Source of the DNA: an uncultured Actinomycetes bacterium
GTDB lineage: Bacteria; Actinomycetota; Thermoleophilia; Gaiellales; JAICJC01
Reading direction: 5' to 3'
NCBI GenBank assembly: GCA_963731515.1
Contig: CAVSVU010000022.1
Location: 979 to 64,978 of the forward strand
DNA length: 64,000 nt
Positions 1 through 9,533 of this stretch are shown here, one piece after another (the stretch's first letter is position 1; each line of letters starts with the position of its first letter). Below the pieces are notes generated by a model that saw nothing but the letters and a program-made list of their open reading frames with translations, made no database searches and was not told the DNA's origin. The position numbers and the translations under genes are program-made.

Positions 1-1
1 C

Positions 2-955
2 ACCGAGATCGACGGCGTGGACGTCCACTTCATCCACGTCAGGTCCGAGCATGAGAATGCGCTGCCGCTGATCATGACCCACGGCTGGCCCGGCTCCGTG
101 ATCGAGTTGATCGACTCCGTCGGCCCGCTGACCGACCCGACCGCGCACGGCGGCAAGGCCGAGGATGCCTTCCACCTCGTGCTGCCCTCCCTGCCTGGGT
201 ACGGCTTCTCGGGCGAGCCGGTCGAGGTCGGCTGGGACCTGGGCCGGACTGCACGGGCCTGGGCCGAGCTCATGCGCCGGCTCGGCTACACCCGCTACGT
301 GGCCCAGGGCGGCGACGTGGGCGCCGGCGTCACCGACGCGATGGCCCGCCAGGCACCCGAGGGCCTGATCGGAATCCACACGAACCTGCTCGTGCCGGCG
401 CTCGGCGGCACCATGCCGACGGCCACGGGCGAGGAACGCGCCGCGGCCGCGCAGATCGCCACCTTCGGGCGGTCTGGAAACGGCTACTTCGTCGAGATGG
501 CCACCCGACCGCAGACGATCGGCTACGCCCTGCTCGACTCCCCCGTCGCGTTGGCCGCCTGGATGACAGACCACGACACGGACGCCTACGACAAGATCGC
601 GCGCGCCTTCGTCGACGGACAGCCCTCGGGCAACCTCACCCGAGACAACGTCCTGGACAACATCACCGCGTACTGGCTGACGGGGACCGGCGCCTCCGCC
701 GCCCGGTCGTACTGGGAGGCCTACGGGCCTGACGCTCCGGCCGCGGGCGGCCAGCCTCTGCCGCCGCCGGCGATCCCGTTCGGCTTCACGACGTTCCCCG
801 GCGAGATCTGGCGGACTCCGCGCAGCTGGGTCGAGGCGAGCTACCCGAACGTCATCTACTTCAACGAGGTCGACAAGGGCGGCCACTTCGCTGCGTGGGA
901 AGAGCCGGAGACCTTCTCAGCGGAGCTGCGAGCGGCGTTCAGGTCGCTCCGCTGA
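2..955 (+). CDS. Epoxide hydrolase (microsomal EHN-type alpha/beta hydrolase), 5' end truncated by window edge
   Basis: Frame open from base 2 (TEIDGVDVHFIH); motifs HGWPGS, AQGGDVG nucleophile elbow, GGHFAAWEEP. Confidence 0.93.
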   Translation, partial: TEIDGVDVHFIHVRSEHENALPLIMTHGWPGSVIELIDSVGPLTDPTAHGGKAEDAFHLVLPSLPGYGFSGEPVEVGWDLGRTARAWAELMRRLGYTRYVAQGGDVGAGVTDAMARQAPEGLIGIHTNLLVPALGGTMPTATGEERAAAAQIATFGRSGNGYFVEMATRPQTIGYALLDSPVALAAWMTDHDTDAYDKIARAFVDGQPSGNLTRDNVLDNITAYWLTGTGASAARSYWEAYGPDAPAAGGQPLPPPAIPFGFTTFPGEIWRTPRSWVEASYPNVIYFNEVDKGGHFAAWEEPETFSAELRAAFRSLR

Positions 956-1004
956 GCAGGCATGTACGTGAGCGTGTCCTCGCCCCACAAGGCAGCGAGC
1001 CAGG

Positions 1005-1472
1005 TTACAGCGTCTTCTCGTAGAACACGCTGGTCGTGATCGTCGCGGGCTGCATCGCCGCGTACTCGCCGAAGGCGGCGCACACCCTGAAGCCGGCGCG
1101 CTCGTAGAACGCCATCGCGGCGGTCTGGTAGCACCCGGTCTCAAGCCGGAGCGTGGTGTATCCGGCCCGCTTTGCCTCGGCTTCGAGATGGCTGAGCAGC
1201 GCGAGAGCGACGCCCAGTCGGCGGTATGCCGGCCGAGTGAACATTCGCTTTACCTCGGCGAACGCGTCGTAGAGCGCGATGCCGCCACAGCCGACGACAT
1301 CGCCTCCGGCGTAGGCCGCAAAAAACCGGACGCTCGGACCGAACAGTTGGTCGAGGGAAAGTGCGTGCCGTTGGGAGGGCAAATACGGGCCGCTCAGATC
1401 ACGATCCAATTCCCCCAGCAGCTCGGCGATTTCCCTGGTGGCAGCGGGTACCGGCTCGATGGACAGGTCCAT
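1005..1472 (-). CDS. GNAT family N-acetyltransferase
   Basis: AEVKRMF..RRLGVA acetyl-CoA motif, LRLETG, FYERAGF; TAGAGT-N6-ATG leaderless start. Confidence 0.9.
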   Translation of the reverse strand: MDLSIEPVPAATREIAELLGELDRDLSGPYLPSQRHALSLDQLFGPSVRFFAAYAGGDVVGCGGIALYDAFAEVKRMFTRPAYRRLGVALALLSHLEAEAKRAGYTTLRLETGCYQTAAMAFYERAGFRVCAAFGEYAAMQPATITTSVFYEKTL

Positions 1473-1563
1473 GCCACGACTCTATCTGCGCATGACACCT
1501 GGCCCGGCCGCGAGGCGGACCCGCCGTGCGGTGTCAGCCATTTCGGAAACGCTCAGTTGAGCC

Positions 1564-1596
1564 ATGCGCCCGGCACGATTCGAACGTGCGGCCTCT
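1564..1596 (-). repeat. att-like copy of tRNA-Arg 3' end (33 bp)
   Basis: ATGCGCCCGGCACGATTCGAACGTGCGGCCTCT is identical to 13658-13690. Confidence 0.9.
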
Positions 1597-2211
1597 CCCT
1601 GCGATGAAGTTGTCCGTCGGCGGGCTTGGTCGCAAGGCATGCGTTCACGCTGCGCCAGTCTCCGCATTAGTTATCCGTACTGACAATGCCGTTCTTGACG
1701 TCAGGCCCAGGGGCTGCGTGACGGTGCGGAGTTCGACTCCAGTCCCCTCACGGCGGCTCGCCAGCCTGCCGATGGCGAAGGGTGAGCTTCATCCCGCGAG
1801 CCGACCTCGGTCCCGTCGCTGACGCGTGAAGCATGGATTGCAGGTTTGTAGTCGTTGCGGTCGGCGGCAGCCGGTCGAAACCATCGGTCTTTGCACGGAT
1901 TGAGGGCCAGTTTGAGCGCCAGTCGGGCAGGGACTCGCTCGCTCCACGGTCAATGGCTCATCCTGCGCGACCGGCATGGGGCCGAGCAGCGGTTCGATCG
2001 GGGGCGGGAGATGTCCTGCGTCTCGGGAGGTGGGTTCGCGGGTGACGGGGTCCCCCTTCAGCCTTTCTTCCCCCCATTTAACCGTTCCGGTGAGGCATTC
2101 CTTGCCCGTTTGGCCACGCGTGGCGCCATCTACAAGTGGTCTGGCGTAGAGGACCTTGTCGAGGGTCAGGTTGCCGCCGGCGATCCTGTGTCCCTGTTAG
2201 GCGTCGCCCGG

Positions 2212-3936
2212 TCAAGTCGTGGACGGCTCGACCTCCGACGCGTCGCCGGCGCGCTCGGCGGGGGCTCCGACGAGCGGCCCGACGCAGAAGTACTGCATGT
2301 GCCGCTCGGCGAGCCGGCTGTGGTAGTCGCCGAACTCCGCCGTGGCGTCCTTGCCGCCGTACATGCGCGCGACGAAGGGCCCGCCCGGGTGGTGGTCCTT
2401 CCACTCGGTGAAGTCGTAGACTTTGCCGCGGATGACGACCCAGCAGTCGTCGAACGCCGCGTGCTGTGCGAGCTCCTCGCGCGTGACGGGCCGGTCGCCG
2501 GTACATGGCTTCGCCGGCTTCCAGAGGCTGGTGGCGACCTCCCTGCGGGCGCCTTTGAGCGCCTCGTTCCGCGAGCGGAAGTGCCACGGCCCGAGCTTCC
2601 TGACCGGGAGCTTGTCGCCGATCTCGCGCGCGTCGAACGCGTAGATCCAGGAGTCGTCGCTGCCCGCACGCTCCGTGTGGTCGAAGACGGGGTAGTCCCG
2701 CTCGTTGACCGCAGCGAGGATCTTCCGGCGCTGAGGTGAGTCCTCCGGCTCAAGGTGCTTGAAGAGGAACTTCGACGCGAACTGGAAGCGCGTCGCGCGG
2801 TAGTAGCGCACGCGCTCGTAGTGCAACAGCGCGCGGTAGATGTCCGTGCCGTGGAGCTCGAAGCACTTGCCCACGGCCGCGGCGTCCTCGAAGGCCTGCG
2901 CGGCACCCTGGCCGAAGGTCGGCAGCATCGGGTGAGCGGCGTCACCCACCAGGCCCACGCGACCCTCCGTCCAGTTCTCGAGCGCGTCCCGGTCGTAGAG
3001 CCCCCACTTCGTCGGGTTCTCCATCAGGCTCGTGAGGGCGACGACGTCGTCGTGACGGGGGTCGCCCTCGAACGCCTTGCTCATGTTGCCGACCATCTCA
3101 TCGCGGTCGGCGGGGAACCAGTCGCCCTCTTGGCGCTCGAACTCCTCGGCGTTGGGCTCGTAATAGGCGAGCCACACGTTGAGAAGCTCGCCGCCGCGGA
3201 CCCAGTACGTGAGATGCTGCGCCGTTGGGGTCTCGCGGGTGTCCATCGACAGCGTTTCGATGGGGTTGTAGTCGAGCGGGCTGCCGTCGGGCCTGCGCGC
3301 CGCGGCGACCTTGTCCCTCGGGACCAGACCGCGGTAGACGACGACCTCTGTCCAGCGCTTGGTCGACACGCCCGGCCAGACCGCCTCCAGCACCTGGGAG
3401 TCGACGCCGTCGGCACCGATCAGCAGGTCTCCGGTCTCCGTCGTGCAGTCGGAGAACGTCACGGTCACGGACTCCTCGTCCTGGCTGACGGCCTCCAGGC
3501 GCTTGGCCATGTGGACCTGGATCGGGCAGTTGACGCCCGTCTCCGGCGCGAACTCGAGGACCCGCTTGTAGAGGCACATCAGCAGGTCGAGGCGGTGCAT
3601 GTGGTGAAAGCCGGCGTTATCGTCGGCCGACGTGTTGTGGTCGAGCGGCTTCCGCGTGATCGAGCCGTCCTCCCAGACCATCCGCGTCTCGCTGAGGATC
3701 GCCGCCCTGCCGCCGTCGACTGCCCCGTGCGGGCCCTTGGGGTTCCCGCCGTCGAGGTCGACGCCCAGCCACCGCGCCAGCCGTGCGGCGTTCGGGGGGA
3801 TGTTCAGCCCCGCTCCCGCGGTGCTCGGCGTGCGCGTCTGCTCGAAGACGTCGATCGTCGTGAAGACGCCCGACTCCCGCAGCGCCAGAGCGGTCATCAG
3901 CCCCGCCATGCCTCCACCTGCGATAAGTGCCCGCAT
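2212..3936 (-). CDS. FAD-dependent monooxygenase (salicylate hydroxylase-like, class A) fused to a C-terminal cytochrome b5 heme-binding domain
   Basis: IAGGGMAG, DLLIGADGVDS, GDAAHPMLPTFGQGAAQAFEDA; C-terminal DCWVVIRGKVYDFTEWKDHHPGG...GKDATAEFGDYHS; GGAGG RBS before ATG 3936. Confidence 0.92.
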   Translation of the reverse strand: MRALIAGGGMAGLMTALALRESGVFTTIDVFEQTRTPSTAGAGLNIPPNAARLARWLGVDLDGGNPKGPHGAVDGGRAAILSETRMVWEDGSITRKPLDHNTSADDNAGFHHMHRLDLLMCLYKRVLEFAPETGVNCPIQVHMAKRLEAVSQDEESVTVTFSDCTTETGDLLIGADGVDSQVLEAVWPGVSTKRWTEVVVYRGLVPRDKVAAARRPDGSPLDYNPIETLSMDTRETPTAQHLTYWVRGGELLNVWLAYYEPNAEEFERQEGDWFPADRDEMVGNMSKAFEGDPRHDDVVALTSLMENPTKWGLYDRDALENWTEGRVGLVGDAAHPMLPTFGQGAAQAFEDAAAVGKCFELHGTDIYRALLHYERVRYYRATRFQFASKFLFKHLEPEDSPQRRKILAAVNERDYPVFDHTERAGSDDSWIYAFDAREIGDKLPVRKLGPWHFRSRNEALKGARREVATSLWKPAKPCTGDRPVTREELAQHAAFDDCWVVIRGKVYDFTEWKDHHPGGPFVARMYGGKDATAEFGDYHSRLAERHMQYFCVGPLVGAPAERAGDASEVEPSTT

Positions 3937-4058
3937 CAAGTCCCTCCAGTTGCTCTCCATCGGTGGCGTCCGACCGCGCGAGCAGCGCCCGCGGCCGGCG
4001 ACCGTAGCTCGGACCGGGCAAGTTGCTCGCCAAACTGTCCATGAGCGTACGTCCTAGA

Positions 4059-4135
4059 GCGTACCCCGAAGTCGCCTACGTGCCGCTCGTCGACGCCGAG
4101 CCGTGCACGCTGGCGATCGTCCCGCGGCGCGCCTT
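4059..4135 (+). pseudogene. Fragment resembling a LysR substrate-binding domain C-terminus
   Basis: YPEVAYVPLVDAEPCTLAIV; no upstream LysR HTH visible. Confidence 0.4.
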
Positions 4136-4268
4136 GCCGACCTGTCGCCGTCACATATTTCGGCTGGCTGCTGCGGGTCGGCGCCACCGGCATTCTGCCC
4201 GTCTATGCGGCGGTCGGCGTAGCCGGCGCGGCTTTCGCGGCTCGCACCTGCGGAAGCGCCGTCGAACG

Positions 4269-4646
4269 CTACCTCGCGCCCTGCTCGCCGTGGTCGTGAC
4301 GGCTGCGGCCGACGTGACGGAGTCTTACGGTCAGCACGGGATCGTCCGGTGGGCGCCGTACGTGATGCGGTGCGCGACAACCCCGCGCGACTGCTGGACC
4401 TAGGACTGATGCCACCAGCGCGCCTCGACATATCCGTGCTCTCATCCCGGCGCCCAAGCGCCTCAGCGCCTCCCTCAGCGGCGTCCGTGAGAGGCCGAAG
4501 TCTTGCGCCAGTGAGCCCTGGGGCAGTCGGGTTCCACGGGCCAATGTGCCGTCAAGGATGCCCTCTCGAAGCGCAGCGTAGACGTGGTCGACCACTGTCC
4601 CGATGTGGATCGGTGTGACAGGGATGGGCGATCTGGGCGCAGCCAC
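4269..4646 (-). pseudogene. Truncated GntR family regulator (HTH only)
   Basis: VVDHVYAALREGILDGTLARGTRLPQGSLAQDFGLSRTPLREALRRL, then similarity decays; no FCD domain. Confidence 0.75.
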
Positions 4647-4762
4647 GGTTGTTGCCCGCGCAGTGTGGCACTGTGCGACGCCTCGAGGAGGCCGCAGCGT
4701 GCTTGACCTCGACGCAGTTGCGTGTGATTGTTTCCCCTCGTTCCGACTGAGGAGGGCGTTCC

Positions 4763-6274
4763 ATGTCAGACGTGGCTTCTGCGAAAACCACGGGAGGGCA
4801 GTTGGGCGAGCGACGGCTCGGCACGATCCACGCCGTCGCGCAGGCACTTGCGATCGGCCCGATGTTCTCGACGGCGGTCGTTCTCGGCTTTGTCTCGGCC
4901 CCGGTCACGGGGGCTGGTTTCAATACCGCGGTCGCCGTGCTGGTCGCCGGGCTCGGCGTGCTGGCGATCGCGTATGCGATCTCGATCTTCGCCCGCCAAT
5001 ACCAGGGTGCGGGTGCCGTCTATGAGTACCTCGTGCGGGGCGCCCACCCGGCGGTCGGCATCCTCACGGCCGGCGTCTTCTTCATGGGCACGCTATTCCT
5101 GGGCGGCGGCGGCATCTATCTCGGCCTGGGCATCCTCACGAACGGCTTCTGGACGGAGCACATCTCGAAGTCGAACGTGCCCGCCTGGTGGCTGCTGGCG
5201 CTGCTGTTCATGGCGCTGGTGCTGGTGCTGAACTACATCGGCGTGCGGATCGCGATCGGCGCGATGCTCACGTTCGCCGCACTCTCGTTCACCCCGATGC
5301 TGATCCTGGCCGTCGCGATCATCTTCCAGGCCAACAACACGCTTGCAGTCTTCAACCCCTCGACGACGTCGGTTCACACCGTCTTCAACGGCGTGATGCT
5401 CGGCATCCTGCTGTTCGTGGGCTTCGAGGCGGCCGCGTCACTCGGCGAGGAGAGCCACGACCCGGCCAAGTCGATCCCACGGGCGTTGATCGGCACCGTG
5501 GGCGCCTCGGCGCTGTTCTACGTGATCATGTCGTACGCGATCTCGATCGGCCTCGGGCAGACGGCGGTCGAGAAGGGCGCCTGGCTCGACCCGGCCGCGC
5601 TCGACAACCTCGCCACCCAATACATCGGCTCGTGGTTCGCGACGATCATCGACCTGGTCGTGATCCTCGACGCGACCGCGCTCGCGCTGGCGATCTGCGT
5701 CACGATCGGCCGTGGCTACTTCGCGCTCGGGCGTGACGGCCTGCTGCCCTCGTTCTTCGCAAAGACGTCGCGGCACAACACGCCATGGGTCGGGAACCTC
5801 GTGATCGCCATCGGCGGTGGCGGACTGATCCTGGTTGGGCTCTACAGCCACACGCTCGATCGGTTCGGCCTGCCGCGGGATTTCGCGGCGTTCTTCGTGG
5901 CGGCCACGGCCGGCTCGTTCGCCGTCGAGCTGGTTTACCTGATCCTGGCCGTCGCAGCCATCGGCTTGCTGGTGCGGACGAACGCCGTGTGGTGGCAGTA
6001 CCTCGTGGTGCTGGTCGCGGTCGCTACGCCGGTGCTCGGCTTCTGGGGTGCGCTCAACCCGGATCCCCACGACACGACGAACCTCAACTGGCTCGCGCTG
6101 TACTGGGCGCTTGGGGTTGTGGTGCTTTCGGTCGTCTGGTTTGCAGCCGTGCGGCTACTACGTCCGGCGGAGGTGGCTAACGCGGCGGCCTACGCCGCTC
6201 AGCACCACGGTGTACCGCCTCTTGACGAGAACATCGACTTCACCCCGGCGCCGGAGGACACGACGCCGATCTGA
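4763..6274 (+). CDS. APC family amino acid/polyamine permease
   Basis: About 12 TM segments; GAGAVYEYL, FVGFEAAASLGEE, GRDGLLP motifs; GAGGAGG RBS. Confidence 0.92.
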   Translation: MSDVASAKTTGGQLGERRLGTIHAVAQALAIGPMFSTAVVLGFVSAPVTGAGFNTAVAVLVAGLGVLAIAYAISIFARQYQGAGAVYEYLVRGAHPAVGILTAGVFFMGTLFLGGGGIYLGLGILTNGFWTEHISKSNVPAWWLLALLFMALVLVLNYIGVRIAIGAMLTFAALSFTPMLILAVAIIFQANNTLAVFNPSTTSVHTVFNGVMLGILLFVGFEAAASLGEESHDPAKSIPRALIGTVGASALFYVIMSYAISIGLGQTAVEKGAWLDPAALDNLATQYIGSWFATIIDLVVILDATALALAICVTIGRGYFALGRDGLLPSFFAKTSRHNTPWVGNLVIAIGGGGLILVGLYSHTLDRFGLPRDFAAFFVAATAGSFAVELVYLILAVAAIGLLVRTNAVWWQYLVVLVAVATPVLGFWGALNPDPHDTTNLNWLALYWALGVVVLSVVWFAAVRLLRPAEVANAAAYAAQHHGVPPLDENIDFTPAPEDTTPI

Positions 6275-6495
6275 CGTCTCTCGCGTCCGCCGGGCTGATG
6301 GCTAGGCGGGCGCGCGCGCGGTCGGGGACTGGGAGCACATCCGCGAGCCGGGCGTCGGTGAACTGGACGTAGGTGGCTCCGAGGACGGCAACAGACCGGT
6401 AGGTGTATTGGGGGGGAGCGACCGGCCGGCGCGGGACGGTCGCGCGCGTCCGGTCGGGCTCCACGCTGTTGGCCCTGGCCCCTGGCCCATCCGTG

Positions 6496-6521
6496 GGTTC
6501 GATTGCTCCGGTCGCGGGTAA
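6496..6521 (+). promoter_or_regulatory. SigB/SigF-type promoter candidate
   Basis: GGTTC-N15-GGGTAA, 10 nt before ATG 6532. Confidence 0.5.
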
Positions 6522-6531
6522 AGGCCCTGGC

Positions 6532-7866
6532 ATGCGTCTCGGCAGTGTCTCAGTACTTCGCGGCTGGAATCCGATCCGGCAGAGCCTGTGGTTCGTGCCG
6601 GTCATGTGTGTGCTCGCGGGTGTCGGCTCCTCGTTCGTCGTCCTGTGGATCGACGGACTGTTCGACTACAAGCTGGTTCCGCGCTGGATGACCGGGGGGC
6701 CGGACGCGGCACTTGCGATCCTGACGTCGATCGCGACGTCGATGGTGAGCCTGGCAGCGTTGGTGTTGACGATCACGATGGTGGTCGTGCAGCTGGCCAT
6801 GGGCCAATTCTCACCGCGCATCGTGCAGACGATCCTGAAGGACAAGCCGAGCCAACTTGCGATCGGCGTCTTCGTCGGCACGTTCGCCTTCGCGATGATC
6901 GCCATGCGCGACGTGCTGGTCGGAACCTCGGGGAGCGGCCGTGTTCCCGGCCTCGCCGTGGTGGTTGCGTTCCTGTTGGTCTTGGTGTCGATTGCGGTAC
7001 TCGTCATCTATGTGCATCACATCGGCTCGGCGCTGCGGGTGTCGGCGTTGATCGAGCTGGTGGGAAGCGACACTCGCAGCCTGCTGGACGAGCACTACCC
7101 GCGGCCAAGCGCCGTCGTTGACGACGCGGTCATCCCGGCGAGCCGAAGCGGCGTGGTCTGCCGCGTCGAGACGGATCGGCTGGTCGAAATAGCCGCCGAC
7201 GCCGATTGCGTGTTCGAGCTGGTACCTGCCTTCGGTGAGTTCGTCCCCGCCGGATCGCCGCTGTTGCGGGTCGGCGACGGCGACCCCAGTCAGATCCGCA
7301 AGAACGCCGCTGACGAGGTCGTGCTCGGCTTGGAACGAACGCTCGGACAGGACGTCTCGTACGGACTTCGCATGCTGGTCGACATCGCAGAGCGTTCGTT
7401 GGCTGACTCGCCGTTCCTCGATCCGACCACCGCCGTACAGGCAATCGACCGTCTTCACGACTGCCTGCGCCAGTTGGCGCGGCGGCCGTTCCCCGACGGG
7501 AAGTATCGGGACAAGCACGGCGACGTGCGACTGGTCACCCCAGTCATGGACTGGGAAGCGCATGTGCATCTCGCGTTTGACGAAATCCGCGAGGCCGGCG
7601 CCGGGACACCTCAGGTGGCGCGCCGGTTGCGGGCTTCTCTGTTGGACCTCTGCGAGTACGCGCCGGCGGATCGGCGAGCCGTGCTGGAGGATCAGATGGA
7701 ACTGCTCGACCAGGCGGTCCGGGCGCGGGCCCCCGACTACCAACTCGCGTACTATCTGACGCCGGATCGGCAGGGCATCGGCGTCGCCGCGGGGGCGAAC
7801 GGCGACGGGACAGCCGCCCGGCTCGGCCGCGCACCGCACCCGCTGCCCGACGATCGAAGAACCTGA
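6532..7866 (+). CDS. DUF2254 family membrane protein
   Basis: SLWFVP, VQLAMGQFSPR, QDVSYGLRMLVDIAERSL..DPTTAVQAID motifs. Confidence 0.9.
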   Translation: MRLGSVSVLRGWNPIRQSLWFVPVMCVLAGVGSSFVVLWIDGLFDYKLVPRWMTGGPDAALAILTSIATSMVSLAALVLTITMVVVQLAMGQFSPRIVQTILKDKPSQLAIGVFVGTFAFAMIAMRDVLVGTSGSGRVPGLAVVVAFLLVLVSIAVLVIYVHHIGSALRVSALIELVGSDTRSLLDEHYPRPSAVVDDAVIPASRSGVVCRVETDRLVEIAADADCVFELVPAFGEFVPAGSPLLRVGDGDPSQIRKNAADEVVLGLERTLGQDVSYGLRMLVDIAERSLADSPFLDPTTAVQAIDRLHDCLRQLARRPFPDGKYRDKHGDVRLVTPVMDWEAHVHLAFDEIREAGAGTPQVARRLRASLLDLCEYAPADRRAVLEDQMELLDQAVRARAPDYQLAYYLTPDRQGIGVAAGANGDGTAARLGRAPHPLPDDRRT

Positions 7867-9500
7867 GGTCGGCCCGAGACACCGTTCCCTGCATGGGGCT
7901 TGGACTTCTGAGGCGGGGGCGAGACCGCCCAACGCGACGACGTCGAGTGCGTCGAGGCGTTCAGCGGGGGGCGCAGAACAACCGCCTCGTTCGGCTGTAG
8001 CAGACCGGCCCATGGCGCCGCGCCGGCGCTTCGTACGGATGCCGTCCAGCCTTCCCCGATCGGGACGTCGAGCTCGCGGTCGGCGAAGCTCGCGAGCACC
8101 TGGCGCACGTCGTCGCCGGCACGTCGCTCATACGCCAGGATCCCTTCGGGGGATGGCCGTATCCGGATCTCCCCCTGGCTGAGCGCCGGCGAGGATCGCC
8201 GCTCGATGAGCAGCGCGCGATAGAGGTGAAACATGGAACCGGGGTCGTCCAGCTCGGCCTCGACGCTGCGGCGGCCGGCCTCGGGCGGCCACGGTAACCA
8301 CGGATCCTCCACCGGCCAGCCGTGACCCTGCTCGGGCGTCCAGGGGATCGGCGCGCGACAGCCGTCCCGGCCGCCAGGGTCGACGCGCCGCTCCTCGGGC
8401 ACTTCGGCATCCTCGAGCCCCAGCTCCTCCCCCTGATACATGAAGGGCGTGCCCCGGAGCGTCAGGAGCAGCACGGCCGCCGTGCGCGCCCGCCGCTCGT
8501 CGCCGCCGAGCCGGGTGCGGAGACGCCGGGTGTCATGGTTGGAGAGCACCCACGTTGGCCATGCGTCCGTGCCCAGCTCGCGCTCGACCGTCTCGATGAG
8601 CTCGCGCCAGGCCGTCACCGTCCACTCGACCGAGAGCGGCATGAAGTTGAACGCCATATGCAGCTCGTCGCGCTCCCCGTAGTAGCCGCGGACGGCCGAC
8701 GTTCCGTGCAGGTTGACCTCCCCCACGGTGACCCGCTCGCCGGGATAGGAGTCGACGAGCCGCCGGATGCCACGCAGCAACGGGTGCGTGCGCGGGTCGT
8801 CGTGAATCCCGACGCGGTCGAGATGCCCGAGGGCCGCCGGCTGATCGGGCAACGCAGGATCCTTGCCGATGAGGTGGGCCACGTCGATCCGAAAGCCGTC
8901 GACGCCGCGATCGAGCCAGAAGCGAAGCACGTCGTGCATTGCGGCGACCACCCCCGCGTTGCCCCAGTTCAGGTCAGGCTGCTGGGGCAGAAACAGGTGC
9001 AGGTACCACTGGCCGGTGTGGTCGTCATACGTCCATGCCCGGCCGCCGAACACCGCCCACCAGTTGTTCGGCGGCCCATCCTCCCGACCGTCGCGCCAGA
9101 AGTACCAATCCCGCCTCGCCGCGTCGCGCGAGGAGCGGGAATCGACGAACCAGGGGTGCTGATCTGAGGTGTGGTTCGGCACCCAGTCGATCAGCACGCG
9201 GAGGCCGTGGTCGTGCGCAGCGGCGATCAGACGGTCGGCATCATCGAGCGTGCCGAAGATCGGATCGACGTCGCAGTAATCGGAGACGTCGTAGCCGAAG
9301 TCGGCCATCGGCGAGCGGTAGAAGGGCGAGATCCAGATCGCGTCGACACCCAGCCGGGCCAGATGGTCGAGGCGCGAGATTATGCCGCGAAGGTCACCCA
9401 CGCCGTCGCCGCTCGTGTCGAGAAACGACCGCGGGTAGATCTGGTACACGACTGCTCCGCGCCACCAGGGCGAGGCGGTCTCATCCCCGTCACCGTTCAT
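7752..9500 (-). CDS. GH13 alpha-glucosidase / oligo-1,6-glucosidase
   Basis: WWRGAVVYQIYPRSF, DFGYDVSDY, PNHTSDQHPWF, GVDGFRIDVAH, VLSNHD, GRDGCRAP; alternative start 9512. Confidence 0.93.
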   Translation of the reverse strand: MNGDGDETASPWWRGAVVYQIYPRSFLDTSGDGVGDLRGIISRLDHLARLGVDAIWISPFYRSPMADFGYDVSDYCDVDPIFGTLDDADRLIAAAHDHGLRVLIDWVPNHTSDQHPWFVDSRSSRDAARRDWYFWRDGREDGPPNNWWAVFGGRAWTYDDHTGQWYLHLFLPQQPDLNWGNAGVVAAMHDVLRFWLDRGVDGFRIDVAHLIGKDPALPDQPAALGHLDRVGIHDDPRTHPLLRGIRRLVDSYPGERVTVGEVNLHGTSAVRGYYGERDELHMAFNFMPLSVEWTVTAWRELIETVERELGTDAWPTWVLSNHDTRRLRTRLGGDERRARTAAVLLLTLRGTPFMYQGEELGLEDAEVPEERRVDPGGRDGCRAPIPWTPEQGHGWPVEDPWLPWPPEAGRRSVEAELDDPGSMFHLYRALLIERRSSPALSQGEIRIRPSPEGILAYERRAGDDVRQVLASFADRELDVPIGEGWTASVRSAGAAPWAGLLQPNEAVVLRPPLNASTHSTSSRWAVSPPPQKSKPHAGNGVSGRPQVLRSSGSGCGARPSRAAVPSPFAPAATPMPCRSGVR

Positions 9501-9533
9501 GCGATGGCGCACCCTAGACGGTTACCATCCGGC

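Noticed and set aside
1728-1745. GGAGTTCGACTCC T-loop-like hairpin suggesting another tRNA fragment
   Set aside because: No 5-bp T stem around a 7-nt loop, no acceptor stem, and no match to either tRNA in the window
6275-6420. Protein-like stretch YRSVAVLGATYVQFTDARLADVLP on the minus strand
   Set aside because: Possibly a gene relic, but I recognise no family and see no start signals
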